NCBI GenBank assembly: GCA_964510025.1
Contig: CAZDZV010000002.1
Coordinates: forward strand, 1-64,000
Source: an uncultured Methanosarcinales archaeon
GTDB lineage: Archaea; Nanobdellota; Nanobdellia; Woesearchaeales; DATDXC01
Reading direction: 5' to 3'
Length of the DNA stretch: 64,000 bases
Position 1 is the stretch's first letter; every line of letters begins with the position of its first letter. The translations under genes were made by a program, and so were the position numbers. The notes under the pieces were generated by a model. The model was not told where the DNA came from. It saw only the letters and a list, made by a program, of their open reading frames with translations, and did no database searches. Positions 39,611-49,149 of the stretch are shown here, in pieces.

Positions 39611-39731
39611 ATAAAAAAGATTATATTAAGTATTATATAAATCTTTCTATTTTTTTACCACTATATGATGATTACAATAATAAATTGAGGAACCGAAAAG
39701 TTTATTTGCCTGTAAAACCAAAAAGATAATA

Positions 39732-40613
39732 ATGAAGAAACTACTGTCAGTTTCCTTGTTATTATTATTTGTAGGTATAGCCTTTGCTGCTGAGCTAAAG
39801 GTGACCTTAGAGCACCCTTTTCTGGTGGAAGGTGGATGGGTAGCTGCTTCTGAGCTTAAGGTGGGGGATGAGCTTACTGCATCTGATGGAAGAAAAGCCA
39901 GGATAAAGAATATCATCGATGTTGATAGCCCAATTGAGGTCTATAATCTTCATGTTGCCGGGCCAAATACGTTCTTTGCAAATGATATCCTTGTGCATAA
40001 CAAAGCCATGCCAGCCAATGCAAGATTCAGGCCAAGCCATCCACGTGTATTGAGAATGCATAACTGTAGAGGAGAATTTGTTGATGATGTGGTAGTAAGC
40101 AGCATAAGTGAAAAGCGAGGCATCAGGACAGTATTTAAGACAAAATTGGGTGATGGCAGGCTTGGCGCAAAAGCGACAGTGAATGGAAGAACAGGAGAAA
40201 TCCGATTTTGGAAAGGTGGACCAAGTGATAAGTCAGTGCACCATATAGGATCTACTTCAAGGTTCCTGGCAGATGACCTTGGCCGTAATCCTTGTGATAC
40301 CCGCTGGCAGGATATCATTGGTATGATTGATGATGGTCAGCTGAATCCAAAAGAGCTTTCCAGATATGTGAATTTTGAGCTGCAGCTAAATAGCGACAAC
40401 ACCATAACTGCGATAAGAAATGGGTTGCCTGAACAGGTGCGTGCGTATCGTAATCTACCTACAAACCAGGATGAATTCTGGTATGCTATCAAGGCTATGC
40501 AGGATGAAATCAATGCAGCCAACAGGGCTATCAATCCCACCTTGCCTGTGGAAGGACTGCCGATCGTCGATCCAAATATGCAAGAGCTGCCTGTCTTTCT
40601 TACTAGCCCTTAG
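39732..40613 (+). CDS. Signal peptide + Hint C-fragment + cargo domain 2
   Basis: MKKLLSVSLLLLFVGIAFA, then AELKVTLEHPF...FFANDILVHN, then 203 aa of unique sequence. Confidence 0.9.
   Translation: MKKLLSVSLLLLFVGIAFAAELKVTLEHPFLVEGGWVAASELKVGDELTASDGRKARIKNIIDVDSPIEVYNLHVAGPNTFFANDILVHNKAMPANARFRPSHPRVLRMHNCRGEFVDDVVVSSISEKRGIRTVFKTKLGDGRLGAKATVNGRTGEIRFWKGGPSDKSVHHIGSTSRFLADDLGRNPCDTRWQDIIGMIDDGQLNPKELSRYVNFELQLNSDNTITAIRNGLPEQVRAYRNLPTNQDEFWYAIKAMQDEINAANRAINPTLPVEGLPIVDPNMQELPVFLTSP
39789..40015 (+). repeat. 227-bp direct repeat, copy 2 (Hint C-fragment)
   Basis: Matches 38005-38231. Confidence 0.95.
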
Positions 40614-41016
40614 CTGGCGCTACGAGTTCCACATATCTTGGTATATCTTCGATAGGATAACCTGTTATCCCTTCTGCAATCCCTAAAATTCTATCTGCGA
40701 TATCCCTTGCTATCCTGTCTCTATCCGGTTTCCAGTCTGCTCCTACTCTTGTATCTGCAAGATAATCAGCATAATCCTGGAGCTTTGCCAACAATTCATC
40801 CGCCTCACCTGCCTGGCAGCTTTTTCTTAACTTACCTTCAAGCTCTTCTACACTTGCATGGTAGTCTGCAAGTGTACTGTTTATAGTATCCATGCTAGCT
40901 GGTGGTTGTGTCTCGTACATGAGATGTAATGTAGATTCCAAAGTGAGTACTGCTAGAGCTTTTGTAGCATCGTTTATGTCTCTGCAATCAGCTCCGGCAT
41001 ACGTAAATTCCTTCAT
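40603..41016 (-). CDS. Hypothetical helical protein (candidate partner/immunity of cargo 2)
   Basis: 137-aa acidic ORF converging on and overlapping the cargo 2 gene end. Confidence 0.6.
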   Translation of the reverse strand: MKEFTYAGADCRDINDATKALAVLTLESTLHLMYETQPPASMDTINSTLADYHASVEELEGKLRKSCQAGEADELLAKLQDYADYLADTRVGADWKPDRDRIARDIADRILGIAEGITGYPIEDIPRYVELVAPAKG

Positions 41017-41645
41017 CTTATCTGCCTCCTTTGGATGACTCTTCTATCAATGTCCAGTATAGCAAAACTTCCTGGCTCTCGTTTAGCTAAGGATCCAGGA
41101 GTCACTATGTAGCGTATTCCTGGTCTTATGGTGATTGTCTCTGCTCTAATCTCGCCATATCTGTCTTTTCTTGGATCATGCCAGAAACAGACTGGCTCAT
41201 GATAGTGGCCTATAATAGCTACCCTTGTTCCTGGATGTTGGACTTCCATATATTTAAATGCCTCCTTTGCAAGATCCATAGATTCCACCCTTACAAAACT
41301 GTCTGGGGGAATATTATGCGCGAATAGCAAATCCCCTTCTGTAATCAGCTGAGGCAATGCTCGTAAATATTCTATATTTTGGGGCCAGATTTTAGCTTCC
41401 ATTTCACTTGTACCTGCTCTTTCTCTTTGAGCTGCCATTATCTCTAGAGCAGTATCCTCATGATTGCCCCTTACAGCTCTTGACTCTGAGTTCCTGACAA
41501 GATCTACACATCTGTTCTCATCAAAATGCACACCCCAATGGATAATGTCACCAAGTGCATAAACAGTTCTGGGATCCAGCTGCTGATAGGCCTTATCAAG
41601 TCTAGCGAAATCACCATGAATATCGGATATAATTCCTATCTCCAT
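41013..41645 (-). CDS. Calcineurin-like metallophosphoesterase
   Basis: ISDIHG, LGDII, RGNHE, FAH, GHYH, PGS. Confidence 0.9.
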   Translation of the reverse strand: MEIGIISDIHGDFARLDKAYQQLDPRTVYALGDIIHWGVHFDENRCVDLVRNSESRAVRGNHEDTALEIMAAQRERAGTSEMEAKIWPQNIEYLRALPQLITEGDLLFAHNIPPDSFVRVESMDLAKEAFKYMEVQHPGTRVAIIGHYHEPVCFWHDPRKDRYGEIRAETITIRPGIRYIVTPGSLAKREPGSFAILDIDRRVIQRRQIR

Positions 41646-41768
41646 GAAACCAGTTGTGCGGTGATAATATATAAATCTTTCTATTTTTACTACTTATTAA
41701 TAACTACACTATCCAGTTACCAAAGAAACATAACCTATTTAAATAAATTCCTTTTTAAATTAGTTACA

Positions 41769-43046
41769 ATGAAAATACAGACAATCAAAGCAAGGGAAAT
41801 ATTAGACTCAAGGGGGAATCCTACTGTAGAGGTGGATGTTACCACAAAAAAAGGGCTTTTCAGGGCTATGGTGCCTTCAGGCGCATCTACAGGGGTGCAC
41901 GAGGCACTGGAGCTCAGGGACGGCGATGAATCAAGATATCTTGGCAAAGGCGTCCTGAAGGATGTAGAGAATGTCAATAGCATAATAGCTCCGGAGATAG
42001 AAGGAATGAACTGTGAAAAGCAGGAATCAATCGACAAAAAGATGCTTAGGCTGGATGCGACTGAGAACAAGTCCAAGCTTGGAGCAAACGCAATTTTGGC
42101 AGTCTCTATGGCTGTCTGCAAGGCAGGGGCTGCCTCAAAGAAGGTGCCGTTATACCAGCATATCGCTGACCTGGCAGGTGTCAAGGAGATGGTTATGCCT
42201 GTGCCAAGCTTTAATGTTATAAATGGGGGAAGCCATGCTGGAAACAAGCTGGCCATGCAGGAATTCATGATACTGCCTGTAGGAGCTCCTAGTTTCAGGG
42301 AAGCTATGCGGATGGGGGCTGAGGTATATCACAATCTGAAGAAAGTGATAAAGGCCAAATACGGCCAGGATGCAGTGAATGTCGGAGACGAAGGGGGTTT
42401 TGCCCCAAACATCCAGGACAACAAGGAAGGCCTGGAATTACTGAAAGAAGCTATTGAAAAAGCAGGCTACACCGGCAAGGTGAAGATAGGCATGGACGTA
42501 GCTGCATCAGAGTTCTACAAGGACAAGCAATATGACCTTAATTTCAAAGGAGACAGCCCAGACCTTAAGACAGGGGATGAGATGATTGAGCTTTATAAGA
42601 GATTCATAGATGAATACGGACTGGTGTCAATAGAGGACCCTTTTGACCAGGATGACTGGGAAAACTACTCTAAGCTTACAGCTGCTGTCGACACGCAGAT
42701 TGTTGGAGATGACCTGCTGGTTACAAATCCCAAAAGGATAAAGAAAGCTATTGATGTGAAGGCAGTAAATGCGCTGTTGCTCAAGGTAAACCAGATAGGC
42801 TCTGTAACAGAAAGCATCGAGGCATGCAAGATGGCCCAGGAAGCTGGCTGGGGCGTAATGGTCTCCCACAGGTCAGGTGAGACAGAGGACAGCTTTATCG
42901 CTGACCTGGTCGTAGGCCTAAAGACAGGGCAGATAAAGACAGGAGCGCCATGCAGGTCAGAGAGGCTGGCAAAGTATAACCAGCTGATGAGGATAGAGGA
43001 AGAGCTTAACTGCGGGTATGCTGGAGAAGGATTCAGGAAATTATGA
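41769..43046 (+). CDS. eno: Enolase
   Basis: [34 protein letters not shown]; start moved to ATG 41769. Confidence 0.98.
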   Translation: MKIQTIKAREILDSRGNPTVEVDVTTKKGLFRAMVPSGASTGVHEALELRDGDESRYLGKGVLKDVENVNSIIAPEIEGMNCEKQESIDKKMLRLDATENKSKLGANAILAVSMAVCKAGAASKKVPLYQHIADLAGVKEMVMPVPSFNVINGGSHAGNKLAMQEFMILPVGAPSFREAMRMGAEVYHNLKKVIKAKYGQDAVNVGDEGGFAPNIQDNKEGLELLKEAIEKAGYTGKVKIGMDVAASEFYKDKQYDLNFKGDSPDLKTGDEMIELYKRFIDEYGLVSIEDPFDQDDWENYSKLTAAVDTQIVGDDLLVTNPKRIKKAIDVKAVNALLLKVNQIGSVTESIEACKMAQEAGWGVMVSHRSGETEDSFIADLVVGLKTGQIKTGAPCRSERLAKYNQLMRIEEELNCGYAGEGFRKL

Positions 43047-44569
43047 AAAAAGCAATGCTCATCATAAGGGATGGATGGGGGCATGGAAAGCATGACAAGG
43101 GAAATGCAATCTTCCATGCTAAGACGCCCAACCATGATCTCTACAAGAAAGAATATCCGCATGCTGTGATAAAATGCACCGGAAACGATGTCGGGAATCC
43201 GAAAGGTGTGCAGGGCGGCTCTGAAGTTGGGCACCTTACTATTGGGGCTGGCAGGATTGTCTGGCAGCCATATGAGCTTATCAACAGGTCAATACAGTCA
43301 GGAGAGTTTTTTAAGAACCAAGTTCTGCTTGATGCTATAGATAACTGCAAGAAAAATAACTCTAAGCTGCATCTAAACGGCTTATTTTCTGACCAGGGTG
43401 TTCATGCAGACTACAGGCATATGCTAGCTGTCCTGGATATATGTAAAAAGCAGAACTTCAGGGATGTGTTTATACATCTGTGCTTAGATGGGAGAGATAT
43501 GCCGGAGAGGTCTGCCCTGCCGTTGGTAGAGGAGACAGAGAAGAAGATAAAGAAACTGGGATTCGGAAGGATCGCTTCAGTTATTGGCAGGTATTACGGC
43601 ATGGACAGGGACAGAAACTGGGACAGGACCAGGAAGCAGTATGATCTAATGGTAGGGGGGAAAGGATTTAAGGCAGATACAGCTGAAGAAGCTATAAGGC
43701 AGGCTTATGAAAGAGGGGATAAGAGAGATTACTATGTGCAGGCGACTGCTGTTTTTGAAGATGAGAGACCAGTTGGGCTGGTCAAGGACAATGATTCTAT
43801 AATATGGTACAATTTCAGGTCTGACAGGGCAAGACAGATCACTGCTATGTTCAATGGTCTGGATTATTGCAAAGAGAAGCCTGATAAGCAAGTCAAGGTG
43901 CATTATGTGTGCTTCTGCAGCTATGATGCAGAATGGGGCCTTCCTGTTGCTTTCCCCCAGGAAAAAGTGATGAACAATCTTGGGAATGTCATTGCCGCCA
44001 ATGGATTAAAGCAGCTAAGGATAGCAGAGACTGAAAAATATGCACATGTGACTTTTTTCCTCAATTCCCAGGTTGAAAAGCCAAACATCAAGGAAGACAG
44101 GATCATGGTCAATAGCCCCAAGGTGAAATCCTATGACCTGCAGCCAGAGATGTCTGCATATGATGTTACTGGAAGACTGCTGCCCAGGATAGGAGAATAT
44201 GACCTTATCATAGTAAATTACGCAAATCCTGATCTGGTAGGACATTCTGGTGTTTTTAAGGCTGTCGTCAAGGCTTGTGAAGTTGTTGATGAATGTGTCG
44301 GCAAGGTGGTCAGGAAAGCCCTGGATAATGATTATGCGATAGTCCTTATGGGGGATCATGGAAACGCTGACCATATGCTCTATGATGATGGAGAGGCAGA
44401 CCCAAGCCATGGCTTCAACCCGGTTCTTATGACCTTAATCAGCAAGGACGACAAGCTAAAGAAAGCCAAGCTGAAAGACGGGGGGATGAAGGATATAGCC
44501 CCTACAATCCTGGACATAATGGGCATAAAAAAACCGAAAGAGATGACAGGGGAAAGCCTAATTGCATAG
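43043..44569 (+). CDS. gpmI: 2,3-BPG-independent phosphoglycerate mutase
   Basis: [42 protein letters not shown]. Confidence 0.96.
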   Translation: MKKAMLIIRDGWGHGKHDKGNAIFHAKTPNHDLYKKEYPHAVIKCTGNDVGNPKGVQGGSEVGHLTIGAGRIVWQPYELINRSIQSGEFFKNQVLLDAIDNCKKNNSKLHLNGLFSDQGVHADYRHMLAVLDICKKQNFRDVFIHLCLDGRDMPERSALPLVEETEKKIKKLGFGRIASVIGRYYGMDRDRNWDRTRKQYDLMVGGKGFKADTAEEAIRQAYERGDKRDYYVQATAVFEDERPVGLVKDNDSIIWYNFRSDRARQITAMFNGLDYCKEKPDKQVKVHYVCFCSYDAEWGLPVAFPQEKVMNNLGNVIAANGLKQLRIAETEKYAHVTFFLNSQVEKPNIKEDRIMVNSPKVKSYDLQPEMSAYDVTGRLLPRIGEYDLIIVNYANPDLVGHSGVFKAVVKACEVVDECVGKVVRKALDNDYAIVLMGDHGNADHMLYDDGEADPSHGFNPVLMTLISKDDKLKKAKLKDGGMKDIAPTILDIMGIKKPKEMTGESLIA

Positions 44570-45211
44570 GTTATAGAGAATCTCGAAGGCCTTAAGCAGG
44601 TCCTTTTCCTTCACGACAATTATGTGTTCGTTTGATATTATCAATGCATCTATGATGCTGATATCGTTGCTTCCCAGCTCTGTCGATATTGCGGAGAAAA
44701 CTCCAGGTATCTCTGTGAGGATCTCGGGGTAGGTAAGCTCTATCATGCCTATGTCTTTCTCATGCTCGATGATATTCTTCTTGCCAAAAACAGAATATAT
44801 CTTTTCAAAGCTTTTCTTGTCTATGATTATCTTGAAAAGCTTCGCTCCTTCCAGTATCCTAAGCACTTCGCCTGATTCATAGTCTACTTGTGGAAGCACC
44901 TGTCCAAGCTTCAATGTCGCTTCCTCGTTCTTTTTCAGTGAAACAGAGGCCATTTTTGTAATCGTCCTGATCTTGGCCTGCTTCAGGATATTGTAGACCT
45001 CACCTTTGTCAAGTCTTTTTCCCGGTTTAAGGGGATAGCGCCTTATTGCAGATATTATTGAATCCAGCGAAATATTGACCTTATGGGTTGTCTTGATGTA
45101 ATTTGCCAGTGATCTTATATTCAGGATATCTCTGGACAGGTCTTTTTGCAGCGAGATGTCTGTGTCGATGATCTTCCACACAAACTCCCTTATGTTGTTT
45201 GGTTTTTTCAT
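44558..45211 (-). CDS. ACT-domain putative transcriptional regulator
   Basis: N-terminal helical ILNIRSLA.YI...I.SAIRRY; C-terminal ACT-like PGVFSAI..EL...DISI. Confidence 0.75.
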   Translation of the reverse strand: MKKPNNIREFVWKIIDTDISLQKDLSRDILNIRSLANYIKTTHKVNISLDSIISAIRRYPLKPGKRLDKGEVYNILKQAKIRTITKMASVSLKKNEEATLKLGQVLPQVDYESGEVLRILEGAKLFKIIIDKKSFEKIYSVFGKKNIIEHEKDIGMIELTYPEILTEIPGVFSAISTELGSNDISIIDALIISNEHIIVVKEKDLLKAFEILYNLCN

Positions 45212-45431
45212 TTTTGTCGATAGCTCCTTTGGTATTCACGTAACAGGTGGGTGGAGGGCGTCAATAAAAACCTGAAGCGCGATGCGCATCTTCCCTCCCC
45301 TAGTCTTATTTTCCTTTTTTTGATTCAAATTTGTCAATATTTATAAATTTTTGCTAAATTTGTCAAATCTTTCCCATATGTGAAAAATTATGTCAAACAG
45401 TTTTTAAATCATGCTGGATTTTTTCTGCTGG

Positions 45432-46700
45432 ATGGTCCATATAAAGCCATTGAGGGGTTGGCTATATAACAAGAATATTGATTTCTCTAAAGTGGTTACC
45501 CCCCCAAACGACGTGATAGATGAAGAAGAGAAACAGGAGCTGAAGAAGAACCCATACAGCTTTGTCAACCTGATCCTTCCTGACGGTGACGGGAACAGAT
45601 ATGAGCATGCCCTCAGCAGCTATGAAAAATGGAAAAAGGGAGGGATTCTGGTCAAGGATAAGAATGAAAATATCTATATCTACAAAGAAAGCTATTCCAT
45701 GTCCGGAAAAGAGTTTTCAAGGTTAAGCTTCATCGCCCTGATGAAGCTGGAGCAGTGGGGAGAGGGGATAGTCCCTCATGAAAAGGTGCTCGATAAAGAC
45801 CTCAAGGACAGGATTAAGCTGATTTCAAAGACCAAGGCTAATTTTGGGGTGCCTTTTGTGCTTTATGATGACAGAAAGAAGAAAACAGATGCAATGATAA
45901 AAGAGGCAATAGAAGGCAGGCAGCCTTATATCGATTTCACAGACCTTAAGGGGGTGAACCACACCCTATGGAAGGTTGATGACACAGGTTTCATAAGGAA
46001 TATCCAGGATGAGATGAAGAAGTACCAGTGCATCATGGCAGACGGGCACCATAGGTATACATCAGAGCTCAGGGTAAAGGAGATGTTAGGGGCAGACTAT
46101 GGGCTGATGTGCTTTGCGAACTCCTTTAATGAAGGTATGATAATACTGCCCACCAACAGGATCGTATTCGGGCTGGACGTCAATATGGATGGGTTCCTGC
46201 AGAAGCTTAAAAAACACTTTGACGTTGAGGAGGCTGACAGGTATGAGATGATAAACAGGATGGCTGCTGTCGAGGTCCTGATAGACAAGAAGATCAACCT
46301 GAAGAACCATGTGTTCGGCATATTTTCCAACATAAACAAAAAAGCCTATTTTTTAACCTTGAAGGACAACGATGTCATGGAGGAAAGGATGCCGGAAAGG
46401 ACAGACATCTACCAGAAGCTGGACATCAATATCCTCCACAAGCTGATAATAGAGGAGATCCTTGGAATCACAGAAGAGCAGCAGAAAAACAGGGAGCATA
46501 TTGACTTTGTAAAGGGCAACAGCGAGACACTCAAGAAGATCAAGGACGAGAAGATACAATTTGCCTTTTTTGTTAAGCCGCCCCTGATGAGGGAGGTTTT
46601 TTTGATTGCCAGGGCAGGCGAGACAACACCTCAGAAAACGACATGCTTTTACCCTAAGGTATGTTCAGGACTGGTTGTCTATGATTTTGATGATAATTAG
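45432..46700 (+). CDS. DUF1015-family protein
   Basis: PPNDVI, PHEK, ADGHHRY, ILPTNR, PQKTTCFYPK..SGL. Confidence 0.88.
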   Translation: MVHIKPLRGWLYNKNIDFSKVVTPPNDVIDEEEKQELKKNPYSFVNLILPDGDGNRYEHALSSYEKWKKGGILVKDKNENIYIYKESYSMSGKEFSRLSFIALMKLEQWGEGIVPHEKVLDKDLKDRIKLISKTKANFGVPFVLYDDRKKKTDAMIKEAIEGRQPYIDFTDLKGVNHTLWKVDDTGFIRNIQDEMKKYQCIMADGHHRYTSELRVKEMLGADYGLMCFANSFNEGMIILPTNRIVFGLDVNMDGFLQKLKKHFDVEEADRYEMINRMAAVEVLIDKKINLKNHVFGIFSNINKKAYFLTLKDNDVMEERMPERTDIYQKLDINILHKLIIEEILGITEEQQKNREHIDFVKGNSETLKKIKDEKIQFAFFVKPPLMREVFLIARAGETTPQKTTCFYPKVCSGLVVYDFDDN

Positions 46701-46776
46701 CATATGAATGATTTGGGGGAATCTACTGTATGCGCTTTGTCCCTCCATCCAGACCAACAGCGCGGAGCGTGAAAAA

Positions 46777-47856
46777 ATGGCATTGTTCATACCGGGACCT
46801 ACAGAGGTCAGGAAAGAGATTTTGGATGCGATGACGCATCCCATGATAGGGCACCGGACCCAGGAGTTTAAGGAACTGTTTGCAAGCCTTAGGCAGGGGC
46901 TGAAGGAGATTTTCTTTACAGATAATGATGTGCTGATAAGCACCTCTACCGGCTCTGGCTTCTGGGAAGCTGCTGTAAGATGCTGCGTAGACAAAAGGGT
47001 GCTGCATGCGACAAACGGGAGCTTTTCAAAAAAATGGGCAAATGTCTCAGAATGGTGCGGCAAGGAGTGCGGCAAGATAGAATATGACTGGGGAAAGGCT
47101 GTAAAAGCAGAGGATATTGAAAAAGAGCTTGAAGCAGGAGACTATGAGGCGTTCTGCATGGTGCACAACGAGACATCTACGGGAGTGGCTTCTGACCTGG
47201 AATCGATATCTAAGGTCATGAAAAAATTTCCGGATGTATTGTGGTGTGTTGACGCTGTATCGTCGCTAGCCGGGATGAAGATAGAAGCAGACAAACTGGG
47301 AATTGACATGTGCCTGGCTTCATCTCAAAAAGCGTTGGCCCTGCCCCCTGGTCTGGCTGTTTGTTCTGTCAGCAAAAAAGCCTATGAAAAAGCTGAGAAA
47401 GTGAAAGGAAGAGGATATTACTTTGACATACTGCAGCTGAAGAAGATGTATGACAAGGACCAGACACCCTACACTGCATCCATACCTCACCTTTATGCGC
47501 TGAGAAAGCAGCTGGAAAGGATAAGGAAAGAGGGGATTGAGAACAGGTTCAGGAGGCATAGGGATATGGCAGATTATGTCAGGAAATGGGCAATAGGCAA
47601 CGGTTTTGGGCTTTTCGCAGAGAAAGGCCGCGAATCAGATACAGTAACATGCATCGCCAATCTGAAGAAGATAGATATGAATGAGATAAAAAAAGATATG
47701 GCTGCCAAGGGCTACAGCATAGACTCAGGCTACAGAAAACTGAATGAAAAGCTAGATGCCGAAGGAAAGCCGAACACATTCAGGATCGCCCACATGGGAG
47801 ACCTTACATTAGAGGAGATAAAGGGATTAACAGAAGAACTGGAAAAATATTTTTAG
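46777..47856 (+). CDS. Class V PLP aminotransferase (probable phosphoserine aminotransferase by context)
   Basis: FIPGPT, HNETSTG, DAVSS, SSQKALALPPG, FRIAHMG. Confidence 0.88.
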   Translation: MALFIPGPTEVRKEILDAMTHPMIGHRTQEFKELFASLRQGLKEIFFTDNDVLISTSTGSGFWEAAVRCCVDKRVLHATNGSFSKKWANVSEWCGKECGKIEYDWGKAVKAEDIEKELEAGDYEAFCMVHNETSTGVASDLESISKVMKKFPDVLWCVDAVSSLAGMKIEADKLGIDMCLASSQKALALPPGLAVCSVSKKAYEKAEKVKGRGYYFDILQLKKMYDKDQTPYTASIPHLYALRKQLERIRKEGIENRFRRHRDMADYVRKWAIGNGFGLFAEKGRESDTVTCIANLKKIDMNEIKKDMAAKGYSIDSGYRKLNEKLDAEGKPNTFRIAHMGDLTLEEIKGLTEELEKYF

Positions 47857-47950
47857 ATTTGGAAGGCTTCAGGCGGCTATTTTCAGCCCGGCCCTGAGGC
47901 CTGCATGCTGGGCCCACGGCATTGGTAAAGGGGCCAGGAGGTTGGATAAA

Positions 47951-48907
47951 ATGAAAGTCTTGATTCCGGATAAGGTAAACAAAAAAGCTACGGAAATCTT
48001 GGAAAATGCTGGTTTTGACGTGGAGAACCGGCCGGGCATCTCAGAAAAAGAGCTTACAGGCATATGCGCTGATGCAGATGCTATGATAGTCAGGAGCGGG
48101 ATAAAGATAACCAAGGAAGTCATAGACGCTGCAAAAAAGCTAAAGATGGTCGTCAGGGCAGGGGTCGGATATGACAATATTGACGCTGAATATGCTGCAA
48201 AAAAAGGAGTCATAGTTGAGAACACCCCTTTGGGCAACATAAACGCTGCTGCAGAGCATACACTGACACTGATGATGATGCTCGCCAAGCACGTCATACA
48301 CTCCCATACAGAGCTCAAAGGGGGGGTATGGGACAGGAAGAAATACAAAGGAACTGAGCTGAAAGGCAAGACATTGGGCATAATTGGGCTTGGGAATGTA
48401 GGTAAGAAAGTAGCAAAAGTAGCAAATGCCCTTGAGATGGAAGTGATGTGCTTTGATCCTTTTGTCGATAAGGCTAAGATGGAAGAAATAGATGTCAAGA
48501 AAGTTATCTTTGAAGAGCTTCTGAAACAGTCTGACTACATAACCGTCCACGTGCCCTTGAATGAAAAGACCAGAAACCTGATATCTGATGAGCAGTTCCA
48601 GATGATGAAAGATGATGTCAGGATCATAAATGTGGCCAGAGGGGGCGTCATAGATGAAAAGGCTCTGGAGGACGCTATCAAGACAGGAAAAGTTGCAGCT
48701 GCTGCACTGGACGTGTACAGCCAGGAGCCGCCTGTCTGCAGGTCGCTCATAGCGCATGATAGGATAATATGCACTCCGCATCTGGGCGCTTCAACAAAAG
48801 AAGCCCAGGTGAATGTAGCTGTCGATGCGGCGCATCAGATCATTGAAGCGATTAAAAACGGGAACATCATGAACAGCGTGAACGGGATAAGTAAACTCAG
48901 GGACTAG
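47951..48907 (+). CDS. serA: D-3-phosphoglycerate dehydrogenase (no ACT domain)
   Basis: RAGVGYDNID, AAAEH, GLGNVG, NVARGG, TPHLGAST.EAQ. Confidence 0.9.
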   Translation: MKVLIPDKVNKKATEILENAGFDVENRPGISEKELTGICADADAMIVRSGIKITKEVIDAAKKLKMVVRAGVGYDNIDAEYAAKKGVIVENTPLGNINAAAEHTLTLMMMLAKHVIHSHTELKGGVWDRKKYKGTELKGKTLGIIGLGNVGKKVAKVANALEMEVMCFDPFVDKAKMEEIDVKKVIFEELLKQSDYITVHVPLNEKTRNLISDEQFQMMKDDVRIINVARGGVIDEKALEDAIKTGKVAAAALDVYSQEPPVCRSLIAHDRIICTPHLGASTKEAQVNVAVDAAHQIIEAIKNGNIMNSVNGISKLRD

Positions 48908-48960
48908 CGAAAGATTTTTATAATTATCATAATGCGTGAATCGCCTAGGTAAGCATTTGA

Positions 48961-49149
48961 CATGCCCTTATCTTTGGACAGAGATATTGCCATGAAGCCT
49001 CTGTTTAGTATCTTGCCAAACTTAATATCCCTGATCCAGATATAATCTTACTGGCTAGATATAATAGAAATAGCTGAAAGCACTATGGAAAGGAGATAAG
49101 CAGAGATGATGCGGAAGATATAAAAAGATTCTTTGAAAAAAACATCAAT
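48961..49149 (+). pseudogene. Possible degraded HEPN-domain gene remnant
   Basis: Frame reads CHEASV*YLAK...RYNRNS*KHYGKEISRDDAE with stops at 49006 and 49075. Confidence 0.45.

Noticed and set aside
37761..40001. Canonical mobile intein with homing endonuclease
   Set aside because: No endonuclease domain, no conserved host protein, and +1 is Lys.
38005..40015. Repeat as IS ends, att sites or a DGR template/variable repeat pair
   Set aside because: No transposase, integrase or reverse transcriptase in the window; mismatches are not adenine-specific; both copies are coding.
41526..41768. 81-aa N-terminal extension of enolase
   Set aside because: It spans the AT-rich divergent promoter and overlaps the opposite gene; homology begins at ATG 41769.
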